Assembly (NCBI GenBank): GCA_951406725.2
Contig: OX597816.1
Span: 20,708,001-20,772,000 of the forward strand
Length of the DNA stretch: 64,000 nt
Direction of reading: 5' to 3'
DNA from: Octopus vulgaris
Taxonomy: Eukaryota
Made by a program: the position numbers and the translations under genes. The stretch's first letter is position 1. Every line of letters begins with the position of its first letter. Under the pieces are notes generated by a model. The model was not told the DNA's origin, made no database searches, and was given only the letters and a program-made list of their open reading frames with translations. Positions 35,955 to 49,459 of the stretch are shown here, in pieces.

Positions 35955-37372
35955 GCATTAATAGATAGATGAGAATTATCCTTTTACTTGTTTCAGTCAT
36001 TTGACTGTGGCCATATTGGAGCACCGCCTTTAGTGAAGCAAATCGACACCAGGACTTATTCTTTGTAAGCCTAGCACTTATTCTATTGGATCTTTTGCCG
36101 AACTGCTAAGATATGGGGAAGTAAACACACCAGCATCGGTTGTCAAGCAATATTGGGGGACAAACAGAGATACACAAACTCCTCTCTCTCTTTCGGAGAG
36201 GCACTGATCAGCTATACGCACACATACACACACGGCAGTATCTTCCGCCTACCAAATTCAATCACAAAGCTTCGGTCGGCTTGGGGCTATAGTGGAAGAC
36301 ACCTGCCCAAAGTGCCACGCAGTGGGACTGAACCCGAAACCACGTAGCTAGGAAGCAAGCTCCCTTACCACACAGCCATATATACATACATACATACATA
36401 CGACTGGCTTCTTTCAGTTTCTGTCTACCAAATCGACTCACAAGGCTTTGGTTGGCCCGAGGTTATAGTAGAAGACACTCCCCCAAGGTGCCACACAGTA
36501 GGTCTGAACCTGGAACCATGTGGTTGGTAAGCAAGCTACTTACCACACAGCCATTCCTATGCCTATAAATAATTTATCATGCATACTCTTTTACTCTTTT
36601 ACTCTTTTACTTGTTTCAGTCATTTGACTGTGGTCATGCTGGAGCACCACCTTTAATCGGGCAACTCGACCCCGGGACTTATTCTTTGTAATCCCAGTAC
36701 TTATTCTATCGGTCTCTTTTGTCGAACTGCTAAGTGACGGGGACATAAACACACCAGCATCGGTTGTCAAGCAATGCTACGGGGACAAACACAAACATAC
36801 ACGCACACATATATATACATATATATATGACGGGCTTCTTTCAGTTTCCGTCTGCCAAATCGACTCACTAGGCTTTGGTCGGCCCGAGGCTATAGTAGAA
36901 GACACTCGACCAAGGTGCCACGCAGTGGGTCTGAACCTGGAACCATGTGGTTGGTAAGCAAGCTACTTACCACGCAGCCATTCCTACGCCTATAAATAAT
37001 TTATCATGCATGCTTAGGAAACTTTCATTTAGCCTCATTACATAAACAAATGCATGATTTGAGGAAAGATGTATATTTATTCATGTGAACTATTTTCCAA
37101 TTTATTCACAAACATGCTGCCTTGTTACTTTTGTTAATTAACATGCCACCAGCGAAAGTAATGGTATGCAAATATACGAAATCACTGAATAATACTTACA
37201 GCATTTTAGATAAGTAACTCTAAGATGCTTTATATTTCTGTTCTGTGAAATGAAGGAGACAGTCTTAGCAAGAGCCTAAAGAAAGTAATCTACTCATCTG
37301 TTCAATAATTTCTCTGCAAAGAAAGAAAGTGAGAGCCTCGTGGTTAGACCTCAAGTATTTTACTTATACAGT
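34314..37372 (+). repeat. Copy 1 of a ~3.06-kb direct duplication (contains several SINE A copies and a degenerate hammerhead-like motif at 34657-34692)
   Basis: Matches 37473-40527 (offset 3159, then 3155). Confidence 0.97.
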
Positions 37373-37472
37373 NNNNNNNNNNNNNNNNNNNNNNNNNNNN
37401 NNNNNNNNNNNNNNNNNNNNNNNNNNNNNNNNNNNNNNNNNNNNNNNNNNNNNNNNNNNNNNNNNNNNNNNN
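37373..37472. other. Assembly gap (100 N)
   Basis: Seen directly. Confidence 1.
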
Positions 37473-39059
37473 ACACCCTGACTCCAAATGGGATGTCAGT
37501 TCTTTGTAGGTTTAGCTTCCCAGTTATTACTAGAGTCATATACAGCTAAGTGGACTGAAGCAACATTAAATGAAGTATTTTCTCCAAGAACACAATAAAC
37601 TGTCCCATTTAGGAATTAAAACCACACTCTTACAATCATGAGGTCAACATGCTAACCATCAGACCATGCACATTCTCTAAGTTTTTTAAAAACCACTAAA
37701 AGTGACATAGACTTTGAACTTGTCTTTGAAAAGCTAACTATACAAATGTCAAGTCGGACTGCTGAAATCTACAAATTTTTTTTTTCATTTTCTCACTGTT
37801 TATTTTCTGTTGTTCCTTTCTGCTGAAGAGCGTTTGCTCAAAACATAAATGACTTTTCATTTTTCCCGAGCATCAAACTAATACACTTGCTTGTTGTTCA
37901 AACACCTGTCTTCATCTTTTATTTTTCTATAAATTTTAACTATACTATACAAGCTTCCAGCTAGTAATTTGCAAAACTGTAACCCTTCAACTTAGAGTAT
38001 ACAAGTCTAGACTTTATTTCCGAATGTCATTGTATTCACACAGCCATTTGCAACTGACAGCAGTGTGCAAACAATACATCGATTTTACTATCAATTCATC
38101 CAGCTGAGGAGGTTGAAGTAGTCTTGAATCATTTATAGAATTAGGAATTCAACTGTTCCTAATTAAGCTATAAGGAACTAATAAGGAAATATGAAATGTT
38201 CTAAATATAAGGGATTAACCTCAAACACAAGATTCCCATCTTTATTACATGTTTCAAAGACGGGCTGTTTGCATATGCTGTCCAATAGATGAGGTGTGTG
38301 TGTGTGGATAGATGGATGGACGGATGGATGGATAGACAGATAGGCAGACAAACAGGCAGATAAACTGACAGACAGGCAGGCAGATAGACAGATAGACAGA
38401 TCTTTTTTTGCTTGTTTCACTCATTGAACTGTGGCAATGCTGGAGCACAACTTTGAAGGGTTTAGTTAAACAAATTGATGTATACATAGGCACAGGAGTG
38501 ACTGTGTGATAAGTAGCTTACTTACCAACTACATGGTTCTGGGTTCAGTCCCACTGCATAGCACCTTGGGCAAGTGTTTTCTACTATAGCCTCAGGCCGA
38601 CCAAAGCCATGTGAGTGGATTTGGTAGACGGAAACTGGAAGAAGCCCGTTGTACATATGTATATCTATATATATGTGAGTGTGTGTGTGTGTTTGTGTGT
38701 CTGTTTGTCCCCCCAACATTGCTTGACAACCTATGCTGGTGTGTTTACGTCCCCATAACTTAGCAGTTCGGCAAAAGAGACCAATAGAATACATACTAGG
38801 CTTACAAAGAATAAGTACTAGGGTCAATTTGCTCGATTAAAGGCAGTGCTCCAGCATGGCCACAGTCACATGACTGAAACAAGTAAACGAGGAAAGAGTA
38901 AAGAGTATACTTTCACACAGTTTCTGTCTACCACATTTCCTAACACAGCTTTGGTTGGCCTGGGACTATAAAACTACTGGCCCAGGGTTCCACATAGTGA
39001 AAGTGAAACTAACTGTGTAGTTGTAAAGCAAGATTCTCAACTACACAACCAAGATCCGT

Positions 39060-39113
<54 letters not shown>

Positions 39114-40527
39114 GCATTAATAGATAGATGAGAATTATCCTTTTACTTGTTTCAGTCATTTGACTGTGGCCATATTGGAGCACCGCCTTTAGTGAAGCAA
39201 ATCGACACCAGGACTTATTCTTTGTAAGCCTAGCACTTATTCTATTGGATCTTTTGCCGAACTGCTAAGATATGGGGAAGTAAACACACCAGCATCGGTT
39301 GTCAAGCAATATTGGGGGACAAACAGAGATACACAAACTCCTCTCTCTCTTTCGGAGAGGCACTGATCAGCTATACGCACACATACACACACGGCAGTAT
39401 CTTCCGCCTACCAAATTCAATCACAAAGCTTCGGTCGGCTTGGGGCTATAGTGGAAGACACCTGCCCAAAGTGCCACGCAGTGGGACTGAACCCGAAACC
39501 ACGTAGCTAGGAAGCAAGCTCCCTTACCACACAGCCATATATACATACATACATACGACTGGCTTCTTTCAGTTTCTGTCTACCAAATCGACTCACAAGG
39601 CTTTGGTTGGCCCGAGGTTATAGTAGAAGACACTCCCCCAAGGTGCCACACAGTAGGTCTGAACCTGGAACCATGTGGTTGGTAAGCAAGCTACTTACCA
39701 CACAGCCATTCCTATGCCTATAAATAATTTATCATGCATACTCTTTTACTCTTTTACTCTTTTACTTGTTTCAGTCATTTGACTGTGGTCATGCTGGAGC
39801 ACCACCTTTAATCGGGCAACTCGACCCCGGGACTTATTCTTTGTAATCCCAGTACTTATTCTATCGGTCTCTTTTGTCGAACTGCTAAGTGACGGGGACA
39901 TAAACACACCAGCATCGGTTGTCAAGCAATGCTACGGGGACAAACACAAACATACACGCACACATATATATACATATATATATGACGGGCTTCTTTCAGT
40001 TTCCGTCTGCCAAATCGACTCACTAGGCTTTGGTCGGCCCGAGGCTATAGTAGAAGACACTCGACCAAGGTGCCACGCAGTGGGTCTGAACCTGGAACCA
40101 TGTGGTTGGTAAGCAAGCTACTTACCACGCAGCCATTCCTACGCCTATAAATAATTTATCATGCATGCTTAGGAAACTTTCATTTAGCCTCATTACATAA
40201 ACAAATGCATGATTTGAGGAAAGATGTATATTTATTCATGTGAACTATTTTCCAATTTATTCACAAACATGCTGCCTTGTTACTTTTGTTAATTAACATG
40301 CCACCAGCGAAAGTAATGGTATGCAAATATACGAAATCACTGAATAATACTTACAGCATTTTAGATAAGTAACTCTAAGATGCTTTATATTTCTGTTCTG
40401 TGAAATGAAGGAGACAGTCTTAGCAAGAGCCTAAAGAAAGTAATCTACTCATCTGTTCAATAATTTCTCTGCAAAGAAAGAAAGTGAGAGCCTCGTGGTT
40501 AGACCTCAAGTATTTTACTTATACAGT
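37473..40527 (+). repeat. Copy 2 of the ~3.06-kb duplication (probable contig overlap)
   Basis: Starts exactly after the gap. The only difference I noticed is one ACAT microsatellite unit. Confidence 0.97.
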
Positions 40528-40650
40528 AATTCTAAATGTAATTTTATTAAACATATGCATGTAAATTCATGCATAATTTATCCACACTTAGATTGCTTCA
40601 TCCTTCAGAGAATATCTCGCTCAGAGATTTATTATTACTTATATCTTATA

Positions 40651-41358
40651 TAGGCACAGGAGTGGCTGTGTGGTAAGTAGCTTGCTTACTGACCACATGG
40701 TTCCAGGTTCAGTCTCACTGTGTGGCACCTTGGGCAAGTGTCTGCTACTATAGCCTCGGGCCGACCAAAGCTTTGTGAGTAAATTTGGTACGGAAACTGA
40801 AAGAAGTCTGTCATGTATATGTATATATATATATATATGTACGTAAAAAGTACGTAAAAAGCACTATCCGACTCGTGGCCGATGCCAGCACCGCCTCGAC
40901 TGGCTTCCGTGCCGGTGGCACATAAAATACACCAATCCGACCGTGGCCGTTGCCAGCCTCGCCTGGCACCTGTGCAGGTGGCACGTAAAAAGCACCCACT
41001 ACACTCACGGAGTGGTTGGTGTTAGGAAGGGTATCCAGCTGTAGAAACATTGCCAGATTAGACTGGAGCCTGGTGCAGCCTTCTGGCTTCCCAGAACCCC
41101 GGTCGAACCGTCCAACCCATTCTAGCATGGAGAACGGACGTTAAACGATGATGATGATGATGATGATGTATGTGTGCGTATCTGTTTGTGTGTCTGTGTT
41201 TGTCCCCCAACATTGCTTGACAACTGATGCTGGTGTGTTTACGTCCCCGTAACTTAGCAGTTCGGCAAAAGAGACCAATAGAATAAGTACTAGGCTTACA
41301 AAGAATAAGTCCAGGGGTTGATTTGCTCGACTCAAAGGTGGTGCTCCAGCATGGCCCT
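40651..41358 (+). mobile_element. SINE A with a nested RTE 3'UTR (~40850-41168)
   Basis: The RTE segment ending in (GAT)n lies within the SINE A central microsatellite. Confidence 0.85.
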
Positions 41359-41439
41359 AGACCCAGGTGTATTTATTGCTCACTGTGTCCTTGGAAAAAT
41401 CTTTGAACATATTTTTGATCTTGGCTCTTAGCTTAGCCT

Positions 41440-41830
41440 TGGTCTTACTGGCAGAGTGGTTATATATTTCTCAACGGTGTCCTACACATTGTAATCTATA
41501 TGATTAAAATCAAGCGGACGGAATTAGAAAGCCAGAAATTGAGGTTGTAGCAGTCATAGAAATTTTCCATCAATCACTTCTGAGGTTTGGCAAAGAGCAA
41601 AATCTTGCTGCCAAACATATAACCCTCCAGTAGCAACCTTGTCCAGTCAAGGATTGATCACAATCTCCAGCAGCTTCACATAGTCATTTAAATTGACCCT
41701 AAGGACCTGTTCAAAGATGTGGGGTGCATAACGTCACCTTCACGAGAGACACACCCAAAGACCATCATCGTTTGGGGTAACTTGGTTTTCATGATGACCC
41801 TGCTACATCTTTCGTGTAGAAAATGCTGGT
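41440..41830 (-). pseudogene. Decayed Tc1/mariner-superfamily (maT/DD37D-like) transposase catalytic region
   Basis: Minus MKTKLPQTMMVFGCVSREGDVMHP..EQVLRVNLNDYVKLLE...LYVWQQDFA...NFW.SNS..DFNHIDYNV. Family motifs are QQD.AP.H and WPPNSPDLNPLDY. Confidence 0.75.
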
Positions 41831-41856
41831 ATCATCTAGAAATATTAAGCATAAAC

Positions 41857-42055
41857 TACGAGGGTGAGTCAAAAAGTAATGCCATTTTGTATAGAACAGG
41901 TATAATTACCAGCACAGGAACATGTATCATACATCAAAATGAAGTTGGTCTACTGTGTATCACAGCCCTAATTCTCAACATAGTCACTGTTTCTCTCAAT
42001 AGCTATGTTCCACCTTCGAATGAGAGCATGTATCCCTGACCTGTAAAATTCTGGG
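41857..42055 (-). mobile_element. Mariner 3' end with TIR (same family as 20953-21413)
   Basis: tacgagggtgagtcaaaaagtaatgccattttg. Confidence 0.85.
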
Positions 42056-42380
42056 ATTAGACAGCACATAACAATCCCTGGGTCCAAAATACTTAGAATT
42101 CAATCCTTCAGAATCTGATGGTAATGGTCAACTTCCAAGATCAACAGTAACATATGCTAAATATTTGTATGTTTTAGAATCAATCATCTAACGACTGAGG
42201 TTATCTTTATTTGGTTTATATTAACATTTTTTGTACAACAGTTACGTTGAAATATACTATTTTTATTTCAATTAATTTTGAAACTTATGAATAATTTATC
42301 AAAATAACTTTATCATTTTTGTTGGAAGAAATATAATAGTCCTAACACCATCACCCGACCATTAAGCATTTGGCAGTTTC

Positions 42381-42804
42381 AGATCTTTTCGGTTTGACCA
42401 GCAGTTTTTAAAAGTAATTTCCACATAACTAAACACTTTTAAATTTCGTATGCTGGTAGGATGTGTTTATAAAACATCTTTTTCTCTTGGCTTTATTGAG
42501 AAAATTCTATAGTTTGTAAGATATTTGTTGTTTTTTTTCTTCAATTTCTGCAATTTCAACCAATCGATGACGTTTATTGTGCCATATGAATATGTCCCTC
42601 GTTTAAGAAACAGATTGGGTTTACTTACATTCCTGAAGAGAAAAATATACCCTTCCCCCCCAACCCTATCTCTAACTAACCCTAACTCTAACCATAACCC
42701 TAAATCAGATTGAAATGCAATAGATCGATATTAGGATCATAATTATGGGTGACAATTTCATATGACACCGGTAGAAAAAACTGCCGGTCAAACCGAAAAG
42801 ATCC
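42381..42804. mobile_element. Non-autonomous DNA transposon with ~28-bp TIRs, an 8-bp TSD and internal (CCTAAC)-like repeats
   Basis: TIRs gatcttttcggtttgaccagcagttttt and aaaaactgccggtcaaaccgaaaagatc. TSD gcagtttc at 42373-42380 and 42805-42812. Confidence 0.85.
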
Positions 42805-43184
42805 GCAGTTTCCACTCTGTTACAAGTATTTATACCAGGTTCACTTATACTTATTTCAGCTCTTTGCTCTCTTCAGAGTATAGGCCATCGGTGTCTTTGC
42901 TTTACTAATCTCATCTTTGAACTGTCTTTTCTTTCTTCTACCAGGTCTTTTTAGCTTTCAATTGTCATTGATATTTGTCATTGGCTATCAATTGCCATTG
43001 ATACTTGCCAGATCAAATTGGAGCCAATTGCAGCCTTCTGGCTTACCAGTCCTCAATCAAACCATCCAACTCATACCAGGATGGAAAGTGGACGTTAAAC
43101 GATCATGATGATAATGATGATGATGAACGCGAACCTTCCCCAAAAATTTCCTCACGTTGGGCCAAAATTTGAAATCATTATTGT

Positions 43185-43970
43185 CATTGGACAATAAACT
43201 TCGCTTGCAAAGACCTGTTGAGGCAAGTAAAATCAAAATCACTGACGTGGCCGATGACAGTACAGCCAGATTGGCACTCATGCCAGTGGAACGTTAAAAG
43301 CACCCTCCAAGCATGATCATTGCCAGGGCCGCTGACTGGCTCCTGTGCTGGTGGCATGTAAAAAGCACAATTCGAGCGTAATCGTTGCCGGCGTTGCCTT
43401 ACTGGAACACGTGCTGGTGGCATGTGAAAAACAACATTCAAGCATGGTCATTGCCAGTGCCACCGGACTGGCTCCCATGCTGGTGGCATGTAAAAAGCAC
43501 CTTTTGACAGTACTGTCAAAAGGCAGCGAACTGGCAGAAACGTTAGCACGCCAGGCGAAATGCTTAGCAGTAATTTTGTCTGCCATTACATCCCGAGTTC
43601 AAATTCCACCGAGGTCGACTTTGCCTTTCATCTTTTCGGGGTCGATAAATTAAGTACCAGTTATGCACTGGGATTGATGTAATTGACTTAATCCCTTTTT
43701 CTGTCATTGTTTATCCCCTCCTTGTTTAGCCCCTTGTGAGCAATAAAGAAATAAGTGCTGCCTGACTGGCCCTTGTGCCTGTGGCACGTAAAAGTACCCA
43801 CTACACTCTCGGAGTGGTTGGCATTACAAAGGGCATCCAGCTGTAGAAACTCTGCCAGATCCGAGTGGAACCTGGTGCAGCCTTCTGGCTCACCAGTTCT
43901 TAGTCAAATAGTCCAACCCATGCCAGCATGGAAAGCAGATGTTAAACAACGATGATGATGATGATGATGA
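43185..43970 (+). mobile_element. RTE 3'UTR with minisatellite, interrupted by SINE B (~43521-43755)
   Basis: Family matches. Confidence 0.85.
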
Positions 43971-44397
43971 CTTTCATAAATTTGCATTTTTTCTAGATAA
44001 GGATGTTGGCCTTATGCAAACCCATTTTTGCCTCTATGAAGTGGTGATCTATGTTTGTCTGGCCCCTATCCTTTGACCTCTCCAACAAGAGAAGCCTTAT
44101 CAAGAGCTAGCTCTCTGCTCGTACAGCTCTCTGAATCATCAAAGATCACAAGCCACCACAACAAGGATTGGACCTAGTGGGGTAAGATTAACATACCCAC
44201 ACCCTTTGCAATCAATTTCTGAGGTCCTATAGATGGTCACAAGTACTGTCCTCCCTCATCTGCATAATCATTTAAAATATAACAATTTCACACACTAATA
44301 AAAAACCAGAAATATCTGGGGATGTGGCATAAGCTGGACAGACCTTATTTATGCATAAAAGTCCTAGAATTCCATGCTCATGGAGTTTTGTCAGCAA

Positions 44398-44561
44398 ACG
44401 CAGGAGTGGCTGTGTGGTAAGTAGCTTCCTTACAAACCACATGGTTCCGGGTTCAGTCCTACTGCGTGGCCTCTTGGGCAAGTGTCTTCTGCTATAGCTC
44501 CGGGCCGACCAATGCCTTGTGAGTGGATTTGGTAGATGGAAACTGAAAGAAGCCTGTCGTA

Positions 44562-44626
<65 letters not shown>

Positions 44627-44860
44627 ATATGTTTGTGTGTCTGTGTTTGTTCCCCTAGCATTGCTTGACAACCGATGCTGGTGTGTTTACGTCCCCGTCA
44701 CTTAGCGGTACAGCAAAAGAGACCGATAGAATAAGTACTGGGATTACAAAGAATAAGTCCCGGGGTCGATTTGCTTGACTAAAGGCGGTGCTCCAGCATG
44801 GCCGCAGTCAAATGACTGAAACAAGTAAAAGAGTAAAAGAGTAAAAGAGAGTAAAGAGTA
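44398..44860 (+). mobile_element. SINE A (young, near consensus)
   Basis: Full length with an (AAAAGAGT)n tail. Confidence 0.92.
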
Positions 44861-45331
44861 AACAGGTCTCAGTCAAATTTAAATGTTGAAGTGAATCTAA
44901 CGGTTTTTGTGTGTTTCTTAAATTGGCTTATAAACACCTTCCTGGCTGCAATTGTTTTCGTTCCAGCACGCGATCTCAGATCAGGTCACTTGCTATGCAA
45001 GTACATCTCTGTAAGTCCAAGAATTATCAGCCATAAACTGCTCTTAATATTTTAAGCAAAACTGTAGCAGAAAATAACTAAATTGGCAAAATAGTTTTGT
45101 CCATTACTATCAGTTCTGTCTTCGCAATGACACAGATTAAGTTAACTTAGCACCGATGCCACCTACATTCTTGAAAGAGAGAATTTGTATGCGATCAATA
45201 CACACACGAAAAACACACACACATGCATGGAATTCACACGTATCATGCATATGTTTCCATGACGATCTAAGTATTGCAGATAAATACATGAATAGAAAGA
45301 GTCAGAAAGAAACAGATAATTAATAAAGGGT

Positions 45332-45334
<3 letters not shown>

Positions 45335-45382
<48 letters not shown>

Positions 45383-45463
45383 CAGACACAAAGTTCTAGG
45401 GAAAAGTGGAAGAAACATATACATACATATATATATATATATATATATTTTATTAAATATATA

Positions 45464-45510
<47 letters not shown>

Positions 45511-45890
45511 CACACACACACATACACACTCACGTATATATATATGTCAACATATATGTGTATATATGCATGTATGAGTATAATCTATCTATCTATCTAT
45601 ATATATATGTATACACACATATGTATATATATATATATGTATACACACAAATGTGTATATATATATATACACACATATATATAAATGTATGTAGTTATGC
45701 ATGCATATGTGTGTGGGTGAAAGGAGAAAGAGGGAGAGAAGACAGAGCAAGAGAGAGAGAGAGACAGACAGAACGAGAGAGAGAGAGAAAGTTATGGTTA
45801 GATCTGTATATGTTTGTATATGTGTATATATGTATGTATGTGAAGAGAAAAAGAAAGAGAAAGAGAGGGAAACAAGACAGAGTGAGAGAG
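45335..45890. repeat. (GA)n/(TA)n/(CA)n microsatellite field
   Basis: Seen directly. Confidence 0.95.
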
Positions 45891-47188
45891 ATCGTTATGG
45901 GTAGAACTATGACGAAACTAAAGAATAATTAACCAAATTTATGCATAACACACACACGCACACACGCACTCACAGACATTATGTATTTCTTCTTCCTTTT
46001 TTTTCTTTTTGTTATTTACTTTATTTACTTTATTTATAAGATATTTTGCATACATATTGCACTAAACAGAGATTGATGTATTAATTGTACATATTGATTC
46101 CTAAATCAAACAATCGATGCAAGACTCTTAGAATTTCAACAATGGTCGAGACGATAGTTTAGGGTAATTTGTTACCAAGACAAATGTTAAACATAGAGCA
46201 AATCTTTGGCTGTCTCCAAAACCTATTTTGATTTCTATGGTTCAATTGCCAACCAAATAGTTTACCAAGATATTAAATAATGCTGTCGGCTAACAGCTAT
46301 TGAAATTGACTTTGGAAATACCAAGTATTTTTACCGTTTTGTTTTGTTTTGTTTCAATGTTTTAATACTTTCCCCTTTTATTTTATTTTTTTTTTTTTTA
46401 TATTTTGGTATTTGATATCGTTTAATTAGCATTTTGCCTCGCAAACATTCCATCGTCAGACAAAAGCCAAAAAACGTTTATCTTAATAAAAGGATATAAA
46501 ATGATTTCTAAAAATATGCAACTATATATAAAAATATCTATACAGAGCTATTTCTAGACTGGTGGAATCATCACCAAACAGCACCGACAATGAAAGCCAT
46601 TAATACCAACAACGACAACACTAACAACAACTGCGTTACTATTATTACCGATACTAGTATTTCGGTGGATTCATTCTTGTCCATCTCCTGTACCTTTATC
46701 GCATTACAGAGTGTTCGTGTCATTGTTTTGTATTCATTATCATGGCTTCACCCATCAATGACACTGACACAGTTAAAAAAACAAAAAAAAACAACAATAA
46801 CAACAACAATAATTGCTATCATCATCATCATCATCGTCGTCATCATTGTCATCTCATCTCATGAGTTTAGTTACAAAATGCAATTATTTAAATGTCCTAT
46901 TTCACTTACTTCCCAAATGAATAAGCTTTTTATTCAAATGGAATTAGGATGAAATTGAAGAAGTGATGTACTGGGTCATAATTATGAATGCAAATATCAC
47001 CATTTCAGCATGGACACACGGACACACACATGCACACACACCCACACACACTCATTAGTTATTTCGAATTTGCTTTGTTTAGTGCAGTGCAGCAAATAGT
47101 AAGAGCAATTACCAAGTTCACACACATTTCTCAATAGTTTCCATACATAGCTACATACAAACATGCACAGGCATGCATACACAAACAC

Positions 47189-47225
<37 letters not shown>

Positions 47226-47506
47226 AGCAGACACATTCTCACACAGATGAAAATATATAGACACAAGTGTGGTAACGTCACTAAAAAATTCCCTCAAGAT
47301 TATCTACATCGCTAAATACTTCCATTCCTATGTACAAGCATGCACACAGACAGATAGAGAGGCACATTTGTTAGCAAATATCTAAGAAGTGATCTCGAAA
47401 AAGCAAGAGTTTTTAGGCAAAGAGAGCAGCTAAGCTAAAATGCACTTGACAAAATAAAGTAAATAAAATTATTAAAAAAATATACATGGGTTCTTTCTAA
47501 AAATTC

Positions 47507-48160
47507 AATCATCATCACCATCATCATCATCATCATCATCTTCATCATCATCATCATCATCATCACCATCATCATCTTCATCTTCATCATCATCATCGTC
47601 ATCATCTTCATCGGCATCATCATCATCGTCATCATCATCACCATCTTCATCACCATCATCATCATCATCATCTTCATCATCATCATCATCATTGTCGTCG
47701 TCGTCGTCATCATCATCATTATCGTCATCATCATCGTCATCATCGTCACCATCATCATCATCATCATCATCATCATCGTCGTCGTTTAATGTCCGCTTTC
47801 CATGCTGGCATGGGTTGGACGGTTTGACTGAGGTCTGGAGAGCCAGGAGGCTGCACCAGGCTCCAATCTGTGTAGTGGGTGCCTTTTACGTGTCACCGGC
47901 ACGAGAGCCAGTCAAATGGGCTTGGCATCGGCTATGTTTGGATGGTGCTTTTTATGTGCCACCAGCATGACAGCCAATCAGGTGGGCTTGGCATCAGTCA
48001 TGTTCGGATAGTGCTTTCTATGTGCCCTCAGCACAAGAGCCAGTCAGGTGGCTCTGACATTGGCCACATTTGGATGGTGCTTTTTACATGCCACCAGCAT
48101 GGGAGCCAGTCAGGGGGCACTGACCACAGCTACGATTTTAGTTTTACTTGACTCAACAGG
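47507..48160 (-). mobile_element. RTE 3'UTR with a greatly expanded (~280 bp) (GAT)n tail, followed by a SINE A 5' part (48160-48436)
   Basis: (CAT)n at 47507-47784 is contiguous with the RTE terminal motif. Confidence 0.85.
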
Positions 48161-48823
48161 CTATAAACACACCAGCATCGACTGTCAAGCAATGTTGCAG
48201 GGACAAGCACAGACACACAAACATATACACACCACACACATACAAATATATATATATATACATATATATATGACGGGCTTCTTTCAGTTTCCGTCTACCA
48301 AATTCACTCACAAGGCTTTGGTCGGCCCAAGGTTATAGTAAAAGACATTTGCCCAAGGTGTCACACAGTGGGACTGAACCCAGAACCATGTGGTTGGTAA
48401 GCAAGCTACTTACCACACAGCCACTCCTGCACCTGATAATTGTGATAAACATCATCATCATCTTACAAGCACTGTTACTCGTTTCCAGTCTCCAGTAAAA
48501 GACACACGTTACCATTGGAAAATATTACTTTGCCTAGAAAGAGATAACAGCTACCAACAGGAAAGGCAACCTGTTGTCAAACAGCTGCTTCAAAAAATTC
48601 TGTTTAACCCTTGCAAGTATGGAGAACTGGATGATAAATGATGATGAAATAAAATTAGGTTGTCTAGAACATTTCCAAGGATTTTGCTTATAGAGGTAGT
48701 GTGCATCTGACAAAATGTAACCAAGTTGCAGAGAGCTGAAACAAGTTTATAAAAGCTGGTGCTATTATTATTATTATTATTGTTGTTGTTATTATTATTA
48801 TTATTATTATGATTATTATTATG

Positions 48824-48856
<33 letters not shown>

Positions 48857-48875
48857 GTTGCTGTTGTTTTTGTTG

Positions 48876-48923
<48 letters not shown>

Positions 48924-48933
48924 TTATTATTAT

Positions 48934-49383
48934 TCAATAGTTTAATTTTTAATAGCGTGCTTTCACTTCACTATCGAGCGCAGCTCTGTGTGCCTTGGGT
49001 ATGTGCTGTGATTTGTTGTGATGCTCTGATGGTCACTGTATGGAAAGTGTTCTGCGTAGGATGTGTGCAGTACCTAGTAGTGCAATTTTCTGTATGTTAT
49101 ATGTGTTTGTAAGTCCTGGTGTTTTTGTTATGTACTTGTCTGAATATTTTTTTCTCATGCCTAATGCACCTAGTATGATAGGAATTGTTTCTGTTTTTAG
49201 ATTCCACATTCTGGTTACCTCTATTTCCAGGTCATTGTATTTTGAAAGTTTCTCCATTTCTTTTAGAGACACGTTGTCATCTGCCGGTATTGATACATCA
49301 ATTAGAAAGCATTTTTTTTTTCTTCATCATCTCTGACAACAATATCTGGTCTGTTGGCCTTAATTTCTCTATCTGTGTTTATG

Positions 49384-49384
<1 letters not shown>
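48934..49384 (-). mobile_element. R4/Dong-like (restriction-like endonuclease) LINE 3' fragment inserted in (TAA)n
   Basis: TDREIKANRPDIVVRD..EKKCFLIDVSIP.D.NV..KE.EKLSKY.DL..E..RMW....IPIILGALG...IQK.ALLGTAHILR (PD..D RLE, one frameshift). (ATT)n on both sides. Confidence 0.9.
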
Positions 49385-49451
<67 letters not shown>

Positions 49452-49459
49452 CATTATTA

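Noticed and set aside
37473-40527. Real segmental duplication
   Set aside because: Boundaries coincide exactly with the N gap and identity is near total, so an assembly overlap is more parsimonious.
47435-47970. Poly-Met/poly-Ser ORFs (superficially reflectin-like Met richness)
   Set aside because: This is the expanded (GAT)n tail of an RTE element, with no reflectin motif.
48590-49112. Poly-Asn/poly-Leu ORFs
   Set aside because: (TAA)n microsatellite flanking the Dong-like element.
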